The notes below the pieces were generated by a model. It saw only the letters and a program-made list of their open reading frames with translations, was not told the origin of the DNA and did not search any database. From the IMG/VR virus record IMGVR_UViG_3300047409_000475: a DNA stretch of 64,000 bases; one strand, 5' to 3'. Shown piece after piece: positions 10,252 through 18,929 of the stretch. Each line of letters starts with the position of its first letter. Within the stretch, counting starts at the first letter, position 1. This DNA comes from an uncultured virus (IMG/VR IMGVR_UViG_3300047409_000475) (lineage: Duplodnaviria > Heunggongvirae > Uroviricota > Caudoviricetes). The position numbers were made by a program, and so were the translations under genes.

Positions 10252-10559
10252 TCTGGCACGGCATACATCCGAAGTTCGAGCCCGAGACGCTCGGCTTCAT
10301 CCCCAGCTTCCTGAGCGAGGCCGACGAGCGCCCGGCCAAGCAGCAGATCGACGCCAACTACCGTCACGGCGGTGGTTGGCGTCCGGCGTCGGGCTTCACG
10401 CTCGACACCAAGACCATGAACCTCAACTACCCGGAAGACCCGCCCTACCGGCCGCTTGCCATGAGCACGCTGCGTGACGAGGTGCTGGTGTTCTACGACT
10501 GCGCCTTCCTGATGATCCTGCAAAAGGACGGCACGTTCGAGGTGGCGAGGATCGACTGA
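10248..10559 (+). CDS. Hypothetical phage protein
   Basis: ATGA overlap; YRHGGGWRP...YPEDPP...DGTFEVARID. Confidence 0.75.
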   Translation: MIWHGIHPKFEPETLGFIPSFLSEADERPAKQQIDANYRHGGGWRPASGFTLDTKTMNLNYPEDPPYRPLAMSTLRDEVLVFYDCAFLMILQKDGTFEVARID

Positions 10560-10621
10560 TGCGATACCTGCACCCAATCGCTTGGGAGAACGACATCCCG
10601 CTTACCCAAAAGGAGACGACC

Positions 10622-10999
10622 GTGGCACACATGACCCCGCACTACGAGAACACCACCAAGTGGACGCTCACCAAGCCCAACGGCGAGGATACGCTGTTCG
10701 ATGAGCTCACCGATGCCACTTGCGCCATCGACGACGACAAGGAGTTTGCTCCCGGCGAGAGCTACACCGTCACCTGTGAGAAGGGCTGGTGGGCGCGCCT
10801 CAGCGCCAACGGCTACCTCGACTGCACCGACTGGGGCGGACCCTTCGCCTCCGAAGAGCTCGCGCGCGACTACATCGCCGACACCTATGACGTGGACGCC
10901 GACAGCGGCGAGCCGCTGGCAGAGGACGACGATTACTGGCATGGTGGCGACCGGACCAACGCAGCTACCGGAACGGAGAATAGCAGTGGACACGAATAA
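10622..10999 (+). CDS. Acidic hypothetical protein
   Basis: AAGGAG RBS, GTG start; GWWARLSANGYLDCTDWGGPF. Confidence 0.7.
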   Translation: MAHMTPHYENTTKWTLTKPNGEDTLFDELTDATCAIDDDKEFAPGESYTVTCEKGWWARLSANGYLDCTDWGGPFASEELARDYIADTYDVDADSGEPLAEDDDYWHGGDRTNAATGTENSSGHE

Positions 11000-11399
11000 T
11001 CCGACACCCGCGCCGACGCGCATCGAACGCCAACCAGCGCCGCCAGCGCGGGAGCCGATCAGGGAGGGGCTCGCTGCCCACCTGAAGCGCATCGATGCGC
11101 TGATCGGCGACATCGGCCAAGAGATCGCTGCGCTGCAGCGCATCGAGAAAGCCCTGAAGGACTGCCACGACCGGCTGGACCGGCAGGGTGGCCTGATCGT
11201 CATGGAGACGCAGTTGGTCGAGCAGTTGATCAAGCGCGATGCACCCAAGCCGCCAGTCACTCCCGCCATCGTGCGCGGCATGCCCATCGACAAGCTTGCC
11301 GACCGCGTCGAGGATGACCTCAAGCGCTTGGCGGACATCCCGGCCACAGCCGACATCGCGCCCAGCAATCAGCCCATGGGCTTCGTGCCGAAGCGCTGA
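10986..11399 (+). CDS. Coiled-coil hypothetical protein
   Basis: GGAG RBS, GTG start, heptad pattern. Confidence 0.6.
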   Translation: MDTNNPTPAPTRIERQPAPPAREPIREGLAAHLKRIDALIGDIGQEIAALQRIEKALKDCHDRLDRQGGLIVMETQLVEQLIKRDAPKPPVTPAIVRGMPIDKLADRVEDDLKRLADIPATADIAPSNQPMGFVPKR

Positions 11400-11562
11400 C
11401 CCGCCTCACGGGTGATTACGAGCCACCGCAAAACCTGTCCCCGAGCGAGCCTTAGCCTGAGACAGGGGCCGTTGAAAGGTCACCCAACCAACTCCAACCC
11501 GAAGGCCCACGACCATCCGCTACGACGGCTACCTCAAGCCTTGGCTCGCCGAAATCCACCGC

Positions 11563-12099
11563 ATGTGGTCCGACGGCCTGAGCACGCTCGACATCGCCAC
11601 CGCCATCGGTGACAACATCCGGCAGCAGCAGGGCAAGCTACGCACTGCCGACGGCACCCCATGGCCTGACCAGTGGTATATCCCATACCCATCCGCCTCG
11701 CTGGTCCGCTACGTGCTCGAACGCACGCTCCCCGACGACGACATCAAGGAGCGGCGCGACCTCTATCCATTCCCCGGCGAGTGGCGCTGGCGTTGCATCC
11801 TGCCCGCCAACGTCGCACACCGGCAAGCCTGCTGGGAGCGCGCCCGCCAAATCCATCGCATGCGCTCACTCGGCATCGACACCAACAGCATCGCCAAGCG
11901 CTTCAGCGTCAGCCGCGTCCGCATCAACCAACTCTTGCAGAAGCAACCCGCCACGCGCAGCCCCATCGAGATGTTCATCCTTGCCGGTGCTGCCGACATC
12001 GACGCGCTGCGCCGCTCCTTGCGCCTGCGGCGCTGGGCCAGCAAGATGCGTGACAGCGACTTCAAGCTGTTCACCAACGCTGATCCCGATGGCATTTGA
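11563..12099 (+). CDS. HTH protein (sigma region 4-like C-terminus)
   Basis: TNSIAKRFSVSRVRINQLL; frame stays open ~30 codons upstream without an ATG. Confidence 0.65.
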   Translation: MWSDGLSTLDIATAIGDNIRQQQGKLRTADGTPWPDQWYIPYPSASLVRYVLERTLPDDDIKERRDLYPFPGEWRWRCILPANVAHRQACWERARQIHRMRSLGIDTNSIAKRFSVSRVRINQLLQKQPATRSPIEMFILAGAADIDALRRSLRLRRWASKMRDSDFKLFTNADPDGI

Positions 12100-13075
12100 C
12101 TGGCTGCTGTTCCTCGACCGCTACGGCATCGAGTATGCCGACAGCGGGCCCAACGTCGGCAAGGATCACGTCGTCACCCACTGCCCCTATTGCGGCTCAT
12201 CCGACCAGAGCATGCACATGTCGATATCGACCGAGGGCAAGGGCTGGCACTGCTGGCGCGACAATTCCCACGCAGGCATCAGCCCCACACGCCTCGTTGC
12301 CGCCATGCTCAACATCTCGTGGTCCGACGCGGCAGCGATCACCGGCACCGGCAAAGGCTACCAGTCACAGCCACCCGTGCAAGCCGAGTTACTGGTCGAG
12401 CAGGTGAACAATTTATTGCAAGCGCCGACTACACGCACCGCGCAACCGAAATTAATCGAGTTCCCGCAATCAGCCCAACCACTGAACACCCTGAGCCGCA
12501 CCGCCATCCCCTACCAACTCTACATGCGCGGCCGGGGCATCACCGATCTCAATCACCTCGACCGCTGGGACATCCTCTACGATCACCGTGACGAGCGCTT
12601 CCACGGCCGCATCCTGTTCGGTGTGCGCGACAAGGGCAAGCTGGTGGCACTCACCGCACGCGCCGTGGGCCAGCGCCTGCAGCCGCGCTACCTCGCCGAG
12701 GGCCCGGTCGATCAGCACCTGATCTGGGCCGACCGCTTCCCCACCAAGTCCAACACGCTGGTGCTCTGCGAGGGACCGTTCGATGCGCTGAAGCTCAACC
12801 TGCTCGGCAAGCCCTACGGCATCTGGGCCACCTGCTGCATGACCTCCAGCTTCAGCGACACGCAACGCTCGAAGCTCTACAGCCTCATGCCGCGCTTCAA
12901 GCGCACCGTGGCGCTGTTCGACCGAGGCAACGAGCACAACGCTCACCGCTTGTCACAGGGCTTTCCGGGGCGCATGCTGGTGGGCACGCTGCCACCCAAC
13001 GTCAAAGACCCGGCAGAGCTCGACAACATCGACTTCCTGATCGAGCCACACCGCGCGGAGGATGACTGTGACTGA
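12089..13075 (+). CDS. DnaG-like primase (Zn finger + Toprim)
   Basis: CPYC...WHCWR, GRILF, VLCEGPFDA, LFD, KDP. Confidence 0.85.
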   Translation: MAFDWLLFLDRYGIEYADSGPNVGKDHVVTHCPYCGSSDQSMHMSISTEGKGWHCWRDNSHAGISPTRLVAAMLNISWSDAAAITGTGKGYQSQPPVQAELLVEQVNNLLQAPTTRTAQPKLIEFPQSAQPLNTLSRTAIPYQLYMRGRGITDLNHLDRWDILYDHRDERFHGRILFGVRDKGKLVALTARAVGQRLQPRYLAEGPVDQHLIWADRFPTKSNTLVLCEGPFDALKLNLLGKPYGIWATCCMTSSFSDTQRSKLYSLMPRFKRTVALFDRGNEHNAHRLSQGFPGRMLVGTLPPNVKDPAELDNIDFLIEPHRAEDDCD

Positions 13076-13343
13076 CACGCCGAAGACCGGCATGCATCAA
13101 GTTGGCCGCCTCGCGCTGCGCGTCGAGGGCCAGTGGTGGTGCGCCTACTACGCGCAGCCCGACAGCATGGACAAGGCGCAACGCCTCGCCAAGGTGCACA
13201 TGGCCGTCGTCGCCGACGAGAAGCGCAAGCAGGCCTTCATGGACCTGATGTCGGGCTTCGTTGCCGACCTCATCCAAGCGCAGACCGGCAAGCGTCCCGA
13301 CTTCCGCATCGAGGATGCACCCAACCACGAGAAGAAGCACTGA
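13062..13343 (+). CDS. Hypothetical protein
   Basis: GGAGG RBS, 93 aa. Confidence 0.7.
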   Translation: MTVTDTPKTGMHQVGRLALRVEGQWWCAYYAQPDSMDKAQRLAKVHMAVVADEKRKQAFMDLMSGFVADLIQAQTGKRPDFRIEDAPNHEKKH

Positions 13344-13346
13344 TGG

Positions 13347-13499
13347 ATGCCCACGCGGCTGCCAGAACGCCGCGATGCAAAGCGCGAGCGGCTGATCGAT
13401 CATCTCGTGGTGCTCGGCTTTGCCACCATCTTCATCCTTTGCACTGTCTTGTGGATCATCGTGGGCTTTGCATTGGTATACATCTGGTCGTGGAACTGA
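13347..13499 (+). CDS. Small membrane protein
   Basis: MPTRLPERRDAKRERLIDHLVVLGFATIFILCTVLWIIVGFALVYIWSWN. Confidence 0.55.
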   Translation: MPTRLPERRDAKRERLIDHLVVLGFATIFILCTVLWIIVGFALVYIWSWN

Positions 13500-13556
13500 A
13501 CTGTGCGTCACTTGTTTATGCGCGGGGTGTCATCCAGAAAAAGGAATGTATACCAA

Positions 13557-13733
13557 ATGGCACAGGAAAAGACTTACAAGGTCGTGTCAGATTTCAACGA
13601 CGCTGGCGGCAAGAACTGGCGCACCGGTCAGACCTACACCGGCTCCGAGGCCGAGGTGCAGGAGCAGATTGCTCAAGGGCACATCGCCGAGGACACCTCT
13701 GGCGGCAAGAGCGGCCAGCAGTCGCAGCGTTAA
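13557..13733 (+). CDS. Small hypothetical protein
   Basis: AAGGA RBS, MAQEKTYKV... Confidence 0.65.
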   Translation: MAQEKTYKVVSDFNDAGGKNWRTGQTYTGSEAEVQEQIAQGHIAEDTSGGKSGQQSQR

Positions 13734-13766
13734 GCGTAGCCTGTGTGCGTCCCCTGCGGGCGTGGT

Positions 13767-13795
13767 GTTGAACACACCGCGCCCGCAACTTATAT
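13767..13795 (+). promoter_or_regulatory. Sigma70-like promoter
   Basis: GTTGAA-N17-TTATAT; shares CAACTTATAT with the 8754 promoter. Confidence 0.55.
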
Positions 13796-13829
13796 TACTG
13801 GCTGTGGCCAGCAAGGCCGCAGCAGGAGA

Positions 13830-14132
13830 ATGACCATGAGCAACGGACACGACGCAGAGCACTTCGAACAATTCCCCAGCGATCCCACCGAGGCCACGCG
13901 CCGCGCCATGATCGCCGAGCAGCGGATCGTCGGCCCGCTCACCCGCGAACAGCTTGCCGCCGTGCACGGCGAGGTGTTCGACACCGCCGAGATGAGCGCC
14001 CGCTACCGGGTCAAGGCCTTCATGGCACCCTTCGTCGTCGTCGAGGAGCACGGTCCCAACGGCAGGCTCGGGACACTTGAATTTCAGCACAGCCCGAGGT
14101 TCTACTACGGCTTCACGCCCGACAAGGATTAG
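13830..14132 (+). CDS. Hypothetical phage protein
   Basis: AGGAGAATGACCATG cassette; FMAPFVVV...GTLEFQHSPRFY. Confidence 0.75.
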   Translation: MTMSNGHDAEHFEQFPSDPTEATRRAMIAEQRIVGPLTREQLAAVHGEVFDTAEMSARYRVKAFMAPFVVVEEHGPNGRLGTLEFQHSPRFYYGFTPDKD

Positions 14133-14135
14133 CCG

Positions 14136-14315
14136 TTGCCCGACGAACAACTGCCGCAGGCCATCGCCGAAGAGTTCATGCAGGTTGGCGACATCAAGCT
14201 GCGCGTCGCGGTCCTTGACGACGGGCGGCGCATCATTGTGTATGACGAGAACCTGCAAGCCCTGTTGCAGGCGATGGCCGACGCACTTGAAAAGGGGGAG
14301 CCAAATGAGAGATAG
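14136..14315 (+). CDS. Hypothetical protein
   Basis: TTG start; LRVAVLDDGRRII. Confidence 0.55.
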   Translation: MPDEQLPQAIAEEFMQVGDIKLRVAVLDDGRRIIVYDENLQALLQAMADALEKGEPNER

Positions 14316-14535
14316 CTCGTGGCGGCCCATCGCGACAGCGCCGAAGGACGGCACGCGCATCCTAGTGCTCTGCCAATTTGCGAATGGCTGTGAGCCGACC
14401 GTTGTGCGCTGGGTTGATAGCCCAAATCCGGCAGGACCGTTTGGGCGCTTTGCGTGGCGCGAGATGCAGGACAGCGCCGTCGCCGAGAGTGTGCCGACAT
14501 TCTGGATGCCGATCCCGAATGCGCCGGATGGTTGA
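14305..14535 (+). CDS. DUF551-like protein
   Basis: WRPIATAPKDGTRIL...PTFWMPIP. Confidence 0.8.
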   Translation: MRDSSWRPIATAPKDGTRILVLCQFANGCEPTVVRWVDSPNPAGPFGRFAWREMQDSAVAESVPTFWMPIPNAPDG

Positions 14536-14566
14536 CGGATGTGCGGCGCATACTTACTGGGGAGAG

Positions 14567-14642
14567 GCTCCCGTCGCCAAGTGGTTAAGGCATCGGTTTT
14601 ACATACCGACATTCCGGGGTTCAAATCCTCGCGGGAGCACCA
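14567..14642 (+). tRNA. tRNA-Val (TAC)
   Basis: 76-nt cloverleaf: acceptor GCTCCCG/CGGGAGC, anticodon stem TCGGT/ACCGA, loop TTTACAT, T loop TTCAAAT, A73 and encoded CCA. Confidence 0.92.
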
Positions 14643-14663
14643 GCCTCACAAGGAAAACCCGCC

Positions 14664-15053
14664 ATGAGCCTGCAAGACACCGACGCATCCGCAGCCGCTG
14701 TAGCCAAGGCACCACGCGTGAGCCTGCTCGACATTGAGCGCAACATTGCGCACCGCTTCGACCTCACCGCCGCACAGGCCATCGCCAATCTTGGTGTTGA
14801 CCCACCGGCCAGCCTCAACGTGCTGTCCATCTGCATCTTGGTGACGAAGAACGGCTTCACCGTCATCGGCAAGAGCGCACCCGCCGCCGAGGAGAACTAC
14901 GACCGCGACCTTGGCAAGCGCTTCGCCTTCGAGGACGCCGTGCGCCAGTTGTGGCCGCTCATGGGCTACGCACTGCGTGATCGCTTGTGGAGCGACAGCT
15001 ACGACAAGGACAACGTCTGGCGGGAGCGGCGGATATACAGTGGTCAAGACTGA
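14664..15053 (+). CDS. N4 Gp49/Sf6 Gp66 family protein (Acb4-like nucleotide sponge candidate)
   Basis: ICILVTKNGFTVIGKSA...NYDRDLGKRFAFEDAVRQLWPLMGYAL. Confidence 0.85.
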   Translation: MSLQDTDASAAAVAKAPRVSLLDIERNIAHRFDLTAAQAIANLGVDPPASLNVLSICILVTKNGFTVIGKSAPAAEENYDRDLGKRFAFEDAVRQLWPLMGYALRDRLWSDSYDKDNVWRERRIYSGQD

Positions 15054-15288
15054 CAGCCTGACCGAGATCAAGGCGGCGCTGGAGGAGATTGGCAAGCTGG
15101 TTGCTCTGATCGACTGCAGCAACAAGGATAATCTGCTTCTGCTGCCATTATTTCTGGCCCAGCAGAAGCGCGCCGCTGCGGCTCTCGCCCGGATGGAGCC
15201 GGTGGAGGAGGCCGCGAAGGGGGCGGACAGCGCCAACTTGGAAGAGCGAATTGCCGCCCGCATTCGCGACCTCAAGGAGCGGCCATGA
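15040..15288 (+). CDS. Hypothetical protein (EEAA...IAxxIRxLK motif)
   Basis: GTG start; motif shared with the next two genes. Confidence 0.65.
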   Translation: MVKTDSLTEIKAALEEIGKLVALIDCSNKDNLLLLPLFLAQQKRAAAALARMEPVEEAAKGADSANLEERIAARIRDLKERP

Positions 15289-15575
15289 TTACCCGCGTGG
15301 TATGGGCGGCGGCATGGGCGGATGGCGACATCAGCGAAGCTGCGGCACGGGCGCTCTATCCCTACCTAGGGCCTCCCGCCACTGAGACGAGACTGCTTGA
15401 AGGCCGTGCGGCTGCTAAAGTAGTCCTTGCCACCCTCACCCCGCTGATCCGCGACCAAGTGCTGGAGGAGGCGGCGAAGAGAATGCTGGAACTGGCACGC
15501 GAGGAGCGCAACCTCGACGGCGCAACGCTCTCCCGAGCCGCTGAGTATCTCCGCGCCTTCAAGGAGCAGCCGTGA
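15285..15575 (+). CDS. Hypothetical protein (LEEAA motif)
   Basis: ATGA overlap; PLIRDQVLEEAA. Confidence 0.7.
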   Translation: MITRVVWAAAWADGDISEAAARALYPYLGPPATETRLLEGRAAAKVVLATLTPLIRDQVLEEAAKRMLELAREERNLDGATLSRAAEYLRAFKEQP

Positions 15576-15793
15576 GCGATCCAGCCGTGACCAGCAAAGA
15601 AAGCATTGAAGCAGTGGCACGGGCGCTTGAGCATTTTCTCGACAAATTCGCGCCGCTGATCCGCGCCAACGCGCTGGAGGAGGCGGCGCAGTTGGCAGAG
15701 GGGTGGGTGGTGGCATACGGTCAAGAGGTTGCTGAAGGCGCGGTCATCGCCGCCGCCATTCGCGCTTTGAAGGAGCAGCACACCAATGAGTGA
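15572..15793 (+). CDS. Hypothetical protein (LEEAA motif)
   Basis: GTGA overlap; PLIRANALEEAA...IAAAIRALK. Confidence 0.7.
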   Translation: MSDPAVTSKESIEAVARALEHFLDKFAPLIRANALEEAAQLAEGWVVAYGQEVAEGAVIAAAIRALKEQHTNE

Positions 15794-16862
15794 CGTCTAT
15801 GTCTCCCCGGATGGCGAGGACATCGCTTCCGGCAACGAATTGCATCCTGTGCACACGCTCAATCGCGCTTCCGACTTGGTGCGAGCCGGTGGCTCGATCC
15901 TCTACACCAGCGGCGTGCACCAGCACGTGACACAGCAGACGATCACGCGCGCCGGTAATGAGGGCGAGCGCATCACGGTGTGCCCAGCACCCGGTGCGCA
16001 AGTGGTGATCGATGGTGGTGGCGGCTCCGGTGGTGCCACGCCGCTCATCATGCTCGACGGCAACTACGTCACGTTCAAGGGCATCGAGGTTGCCCGATCC
16101 GCCCGCCAAGGCATCGCCATCTACGCGGCGAAATACGTCGAGGTGCTGGAATGCGATGTGCACGATTGTTGGGAGACGGGCATCATCAACGAGGGGCCGA
16201 CCGTTGACAGCAATGTCGGCACGCTGATCGAGGGCTGCACGGTCCACCGCAACACCAACCACAACTTAACCGGTGAACCGGGCTACGGGCAGGGCATCTC
16301 TCTCAGCAAAGGCAAGGGCGGGATTGCGCGCCGCAACTACATCTTCAATAACAAGGGCGAGGGCCTTGGCATAATGAAAGGCCACGTCGGCGGCTCGGCG
16401 CTGGAGAACGTCTCCTTCGACAACTACAAGATCAACATCTACATCGACAGCCCGGTGGACGGCGCGACGATCAAGAAAAATCTCTGCTACTGCACCGGCA
16501 ATGAGAAATACCTGACCTACAATGAGAAGCTCAAATCCACCGGCATCACCCTCGCGCGCGAGACTGGCTCCGGGCATATCGAGGGCATCGTCTGCGAGGA
16601 CAACAGCCTGTTGGGCTGCCACTACGGCATCAGCTTTTTCATCCAGAAGCGCGACAGCGGGCTGGTGGGTGCCAGCTTCAAACGCAACCTGATCGCCAAC
16701 AGCGTGGCGGCGGGCATGTGGATCGAGAAGGGCGGTGCCAGCGACAACACGATACGCGACAGCATCTTCATCTCCACCACGGGTGCGCCGCACTTCGTGG
16801 GCGACATGGAGGGCTACGCGTTGCTCGACAATCTCTACTACCCGGAGCTAGAGGCCGCGTGA
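15786..16862 (+). CDS. Right-handed beta-helix (pectate lyase-like) protein
   Basis: YVSPDGED...G...PVHTL N-terminus and repeated G-I / N-x-I coils. Confidence 0.8.
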   Translation: MSDVYVSPDGEDIASGNELHPVHTLNRASDLVRAGGSILYTSGVHQHVTQQTITRAGNEGERITVCPAPGAQVVIDGGGGSGGATPLIMLDGNYVTFKGIEVARSARQGIAIYAAKYVEVLECDVHDCWETGIINEGPTVDSNVGTLIEGCTVHRNTNHNLTGEPGYGQGISLSKGKGGIARRNYIFNNKGEGLGIMKGHVGGSALENVSFDNYKINIYIDSPVDGATIKKNLCYCTGNEKYLTYNEKLKSTGITLARETGSGHIEGIVCEDNSLLGCHYGISFFIQKRDSGLVGASFKRNLIANSVAAGMWIEKGGASDNTIRDSIFISTTGAPHFVGDMEGYALLDNLYYPELEAA

Positions 16863-17110
16863 GCTCCAAGTGCTCCGTCGAGGGCTGTGACAATCCATCC
16901 AACGCGCGTGGCCTGTGCCGCGCCCACTACCAGCGCGCGGCGCTGCGTGGCACCCTGAACCACTTCCCGCGCAAGCTGCCTTACGAGCGTCCGCTCTGCT
17001 CGATCCCCGACTGCAGCGAGCCACACCTCGCGCACGGTTGGTGCCGCGTGCACTACGACCGCTGGCGCAGGCGTGGCACACCGGTCAGCTTGGTGCGCGC
17101 CAAACTATGA
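16859..17110 (+). CDS. Tandem C3H zinc-finger protein (HNH-associated type, no nuclease)
   Basis: Two CSxxxC...GxCxxHY repeats. Confidence 0.75.
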   Translation: MSSKCSVEGCDNPSNARGLCRAHYQRAALRGTLNHFPRKLPYERPLCSIPDCSEPHLAHGWCRVHYDRWRRRGTPVSLVRAKL

Positions 17111-17161
17111 TATGCTTCAGCGATTGCGGCTTCCCCTGTTGTTCTGTCGTGGAGGGCTGTT

Positions 17162-17368
17162 GTGGATGCTGTCGTAAAGATCGACCGCGCAAGCCTTCCC
17201 GGCGACGGCCTGCGCGATCTGGCGCTGCAGATCGAGACGCTGGCGCATGCACATCCAGAGCACTCACGTGCCAGCGAGGCGGTGTCGATGCTCATCGACT
17301 ACCTGACGCTGCGTGCGCGGCTCAGCGACTACGAGGCCGAGGCTTTCCTGACGGGGCGATATGGCTGA
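17162..17368 (+). CDS. Hypothetical protein
   Basis: GGAGG RBS. Confidence 0.55.
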   Translation: MDAVVKIDRASLPGDGLRDLALQIETLAHAHPEHSRASEAVSMLIDYLTLRARLSDYEAEAFLTGRYG

Positions 17369-17475
17369 CGCGTTCCTGCAGTTGTTCTCTGCCAGCATGC
17401 TGATCCTCGCCGGGATCGCGTGCGCGCGCCTTGCGTGGCTCATGCATGAGCGGCGGCGCAACCGGAGAAGGCGCG

Positions 17476-17820
17476 ATGGCACGTCTTCCTGAGATCGGCC
17501 CAGACGAGCGCGCCGCCATCGCGCTGGCGCTGGGCAAGGCGCGCAAGCGCCGAGCTCCTGACGTGGTGACCGTCACCATCCCACCCAAGTATGGCTGCAC
17601 CATCGCCTTCGAGCAGAAGGAGTTCGGCTTGGCGCGGCACCTCACCGTGCGGGTGCCACATGCACCACGCGGCAAGGAGGCATCGCTGCTCAAGGACGCT
17701 GCCGCCGTCGTCACCATCGCCGAGGCGTTCGGCTTCACGCAGCCGACCGTGCTCGGGCAGTGGGTGGATGAGGACGGCGACTACCACGTGCTCGGCACCG
17801 ATCATGCCTTCCACGCCTGA
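17476..17820 (+). CDS. Hypothetical protein
   Basis: RBS plus ATG, typical codon usage. Confidence 0.65.
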   Translation: MARLPEIGPDERAAIALALGKARKRRAPDVVTVTIPPKYGCTIAFEQKEFGLARHLTVRVPHAPRGKEASLLKDAAAVVTIAEAFGFTQPTVLGQWVDEDGDYHVLGTDHAFHA

Positions 17821-18007
17821 CCGCGAGGCCGAGTTGCTCGTGCGCTACCGCGTGCTGGAGATGGTGCGCGCCGCCGAGAAGTTGGTGCACGCCGTGCAGA
17901 ACGCCGACAGCTTGCACGGCGGGCTGCTCAACCGCGAGACGATCCGTGCCTCCGATGAACTGCGCGTGCTGTTGTTGCGCTACCGTGCCAAGGTGAGTGT
18001 TGCATGA
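17804..18007 (+). CDS. Hypothetical protein
   Basis: Overlapping start. Confidence 0.6.
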   Translation: MPSTPDREAELLVRYRVLEMVRAAEKLVHAVQNADSLHGGLLNRETIRASDELRVLLLRYRAKVSVA

Positions 18008-18279
18008 CCACGACCATCAGCTTCCCCGAGCCGAAGGTGCGCGACGCCGAGAGTGGCGAGCTACTCGGGGACAACGACGTTGAAAGCCACCCACGCATCG
18101 TCATCACCCAGCGCATCAGTGTCTGGGTAAAGGATGAGGCGTGCCCCGCTGAATGCACTCTCAGCATCGACATCAGGGGGCTTGCGGGGTGGCTTGGGCA
18201 TCAAGCGTGGCGCAACCCAAGCCACACGACGCAAGCGCTCAACAGCAGCGTCGTGGCGCGGGTGAAGCTGGTGAAGTAA
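18004..18279 (+). CDS. Hypothetical protein
   Basis: ATGA overlap. Confidence 0.65.
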   Translation: MTTTISFPEPKVRDAESGELLGDNDVESHPRIVITQRISVWVKDEACPAECTLSIDIRGLAGWLGHQAWRNPSHTTQALNSSVVARVKLVK

Positions 18280-18290
18280 GGAGGTTCCTT

Positions 18291-18617
18291 ATGGGCACCG
18301 TGACGAGGTTGATCCCGCGCAGTCCGCAGGGCATCCGCTTTTTCCTCGAACACGAGTATGGCAAGCTGGCCGCCAAGGGGTTGGTGCCGAAGACCAAGTC
18401 GTGGCCGAAGATGCAGCGCGAGCTCCGCTATCTGCAGGTGGCGGTGATCGCGCAGCGCCTGCTCGAAGAGCGGGGCGTGCACGGCGTCACGTTCAACGAG
18501 TTCAAGCGCGCCTTCGGCTACGCCCCGCCACGCGCGCTCGGGCACATCGAGGACATCGAGCGCTTTTACGAGATGCGGATCGATCCCGACGACGACGGCC
18601 CCGACGCTGCCGCCTAG
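18291..18617 (+). CDS. Hypothetical protein
   Basis: TAAGGAGG RBS. Confidence 0.7.
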   Translation: MGTVTRLIPRSPQGIRFFLEHEYGKLAAKGLVPKTKSWPKMQRELRYLQVAVIAQRLLEERGVHGVTFNEFKRAFGYAPPRALGHIEDIERFYEMRIDPDDDGPDAAA

Positions 18618-18692
18618 GTATAGCTACGGGGTTGCCTTTGTCCGAAAACGAACATAAGACCATTCGCCCATGCAACCCACGGGAGGGATCGC

Positions 18693-18929
18693 ATGGGAGA
18701 CAAGCTCTACGCCAAGATCACGCTGAAGGACGGCGCTGTGCAGCAGACCAGCGACACGCCGATCCAGATCGCCGACGAGGAGCGCGGCACCTTCGAGTGC
18801 GTCGAGGTGCTCGAGGAGCCCTACGGCGGGCTGGAGATCGGCGACATCATCAAGACCAAGGACGGCCAGCACTTCAAGGACGTGACGTTCAGGGACGGCG
18901 GGTCAGTCAAGTCCGAGGACGGCTGGTAG
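18693..18929 (+). CDS. Acidic hypothetical protein
   Basis: GGGAGG RBS. Confidence 0.7.
   Translation: MGDKLYAKITLKDGAVQQTSDTPIQIADEERGTFECVEVLEEPYGGLEIGDIIKTKDGQHFKDVTFRDGGSVKSEDGW

Noticed and set aside
14598..14604. Suppressor tRNA or stop-codon reassignment
   Set aside because: The 7-nt loop centres on TAC, and all three stop codons end genes normally
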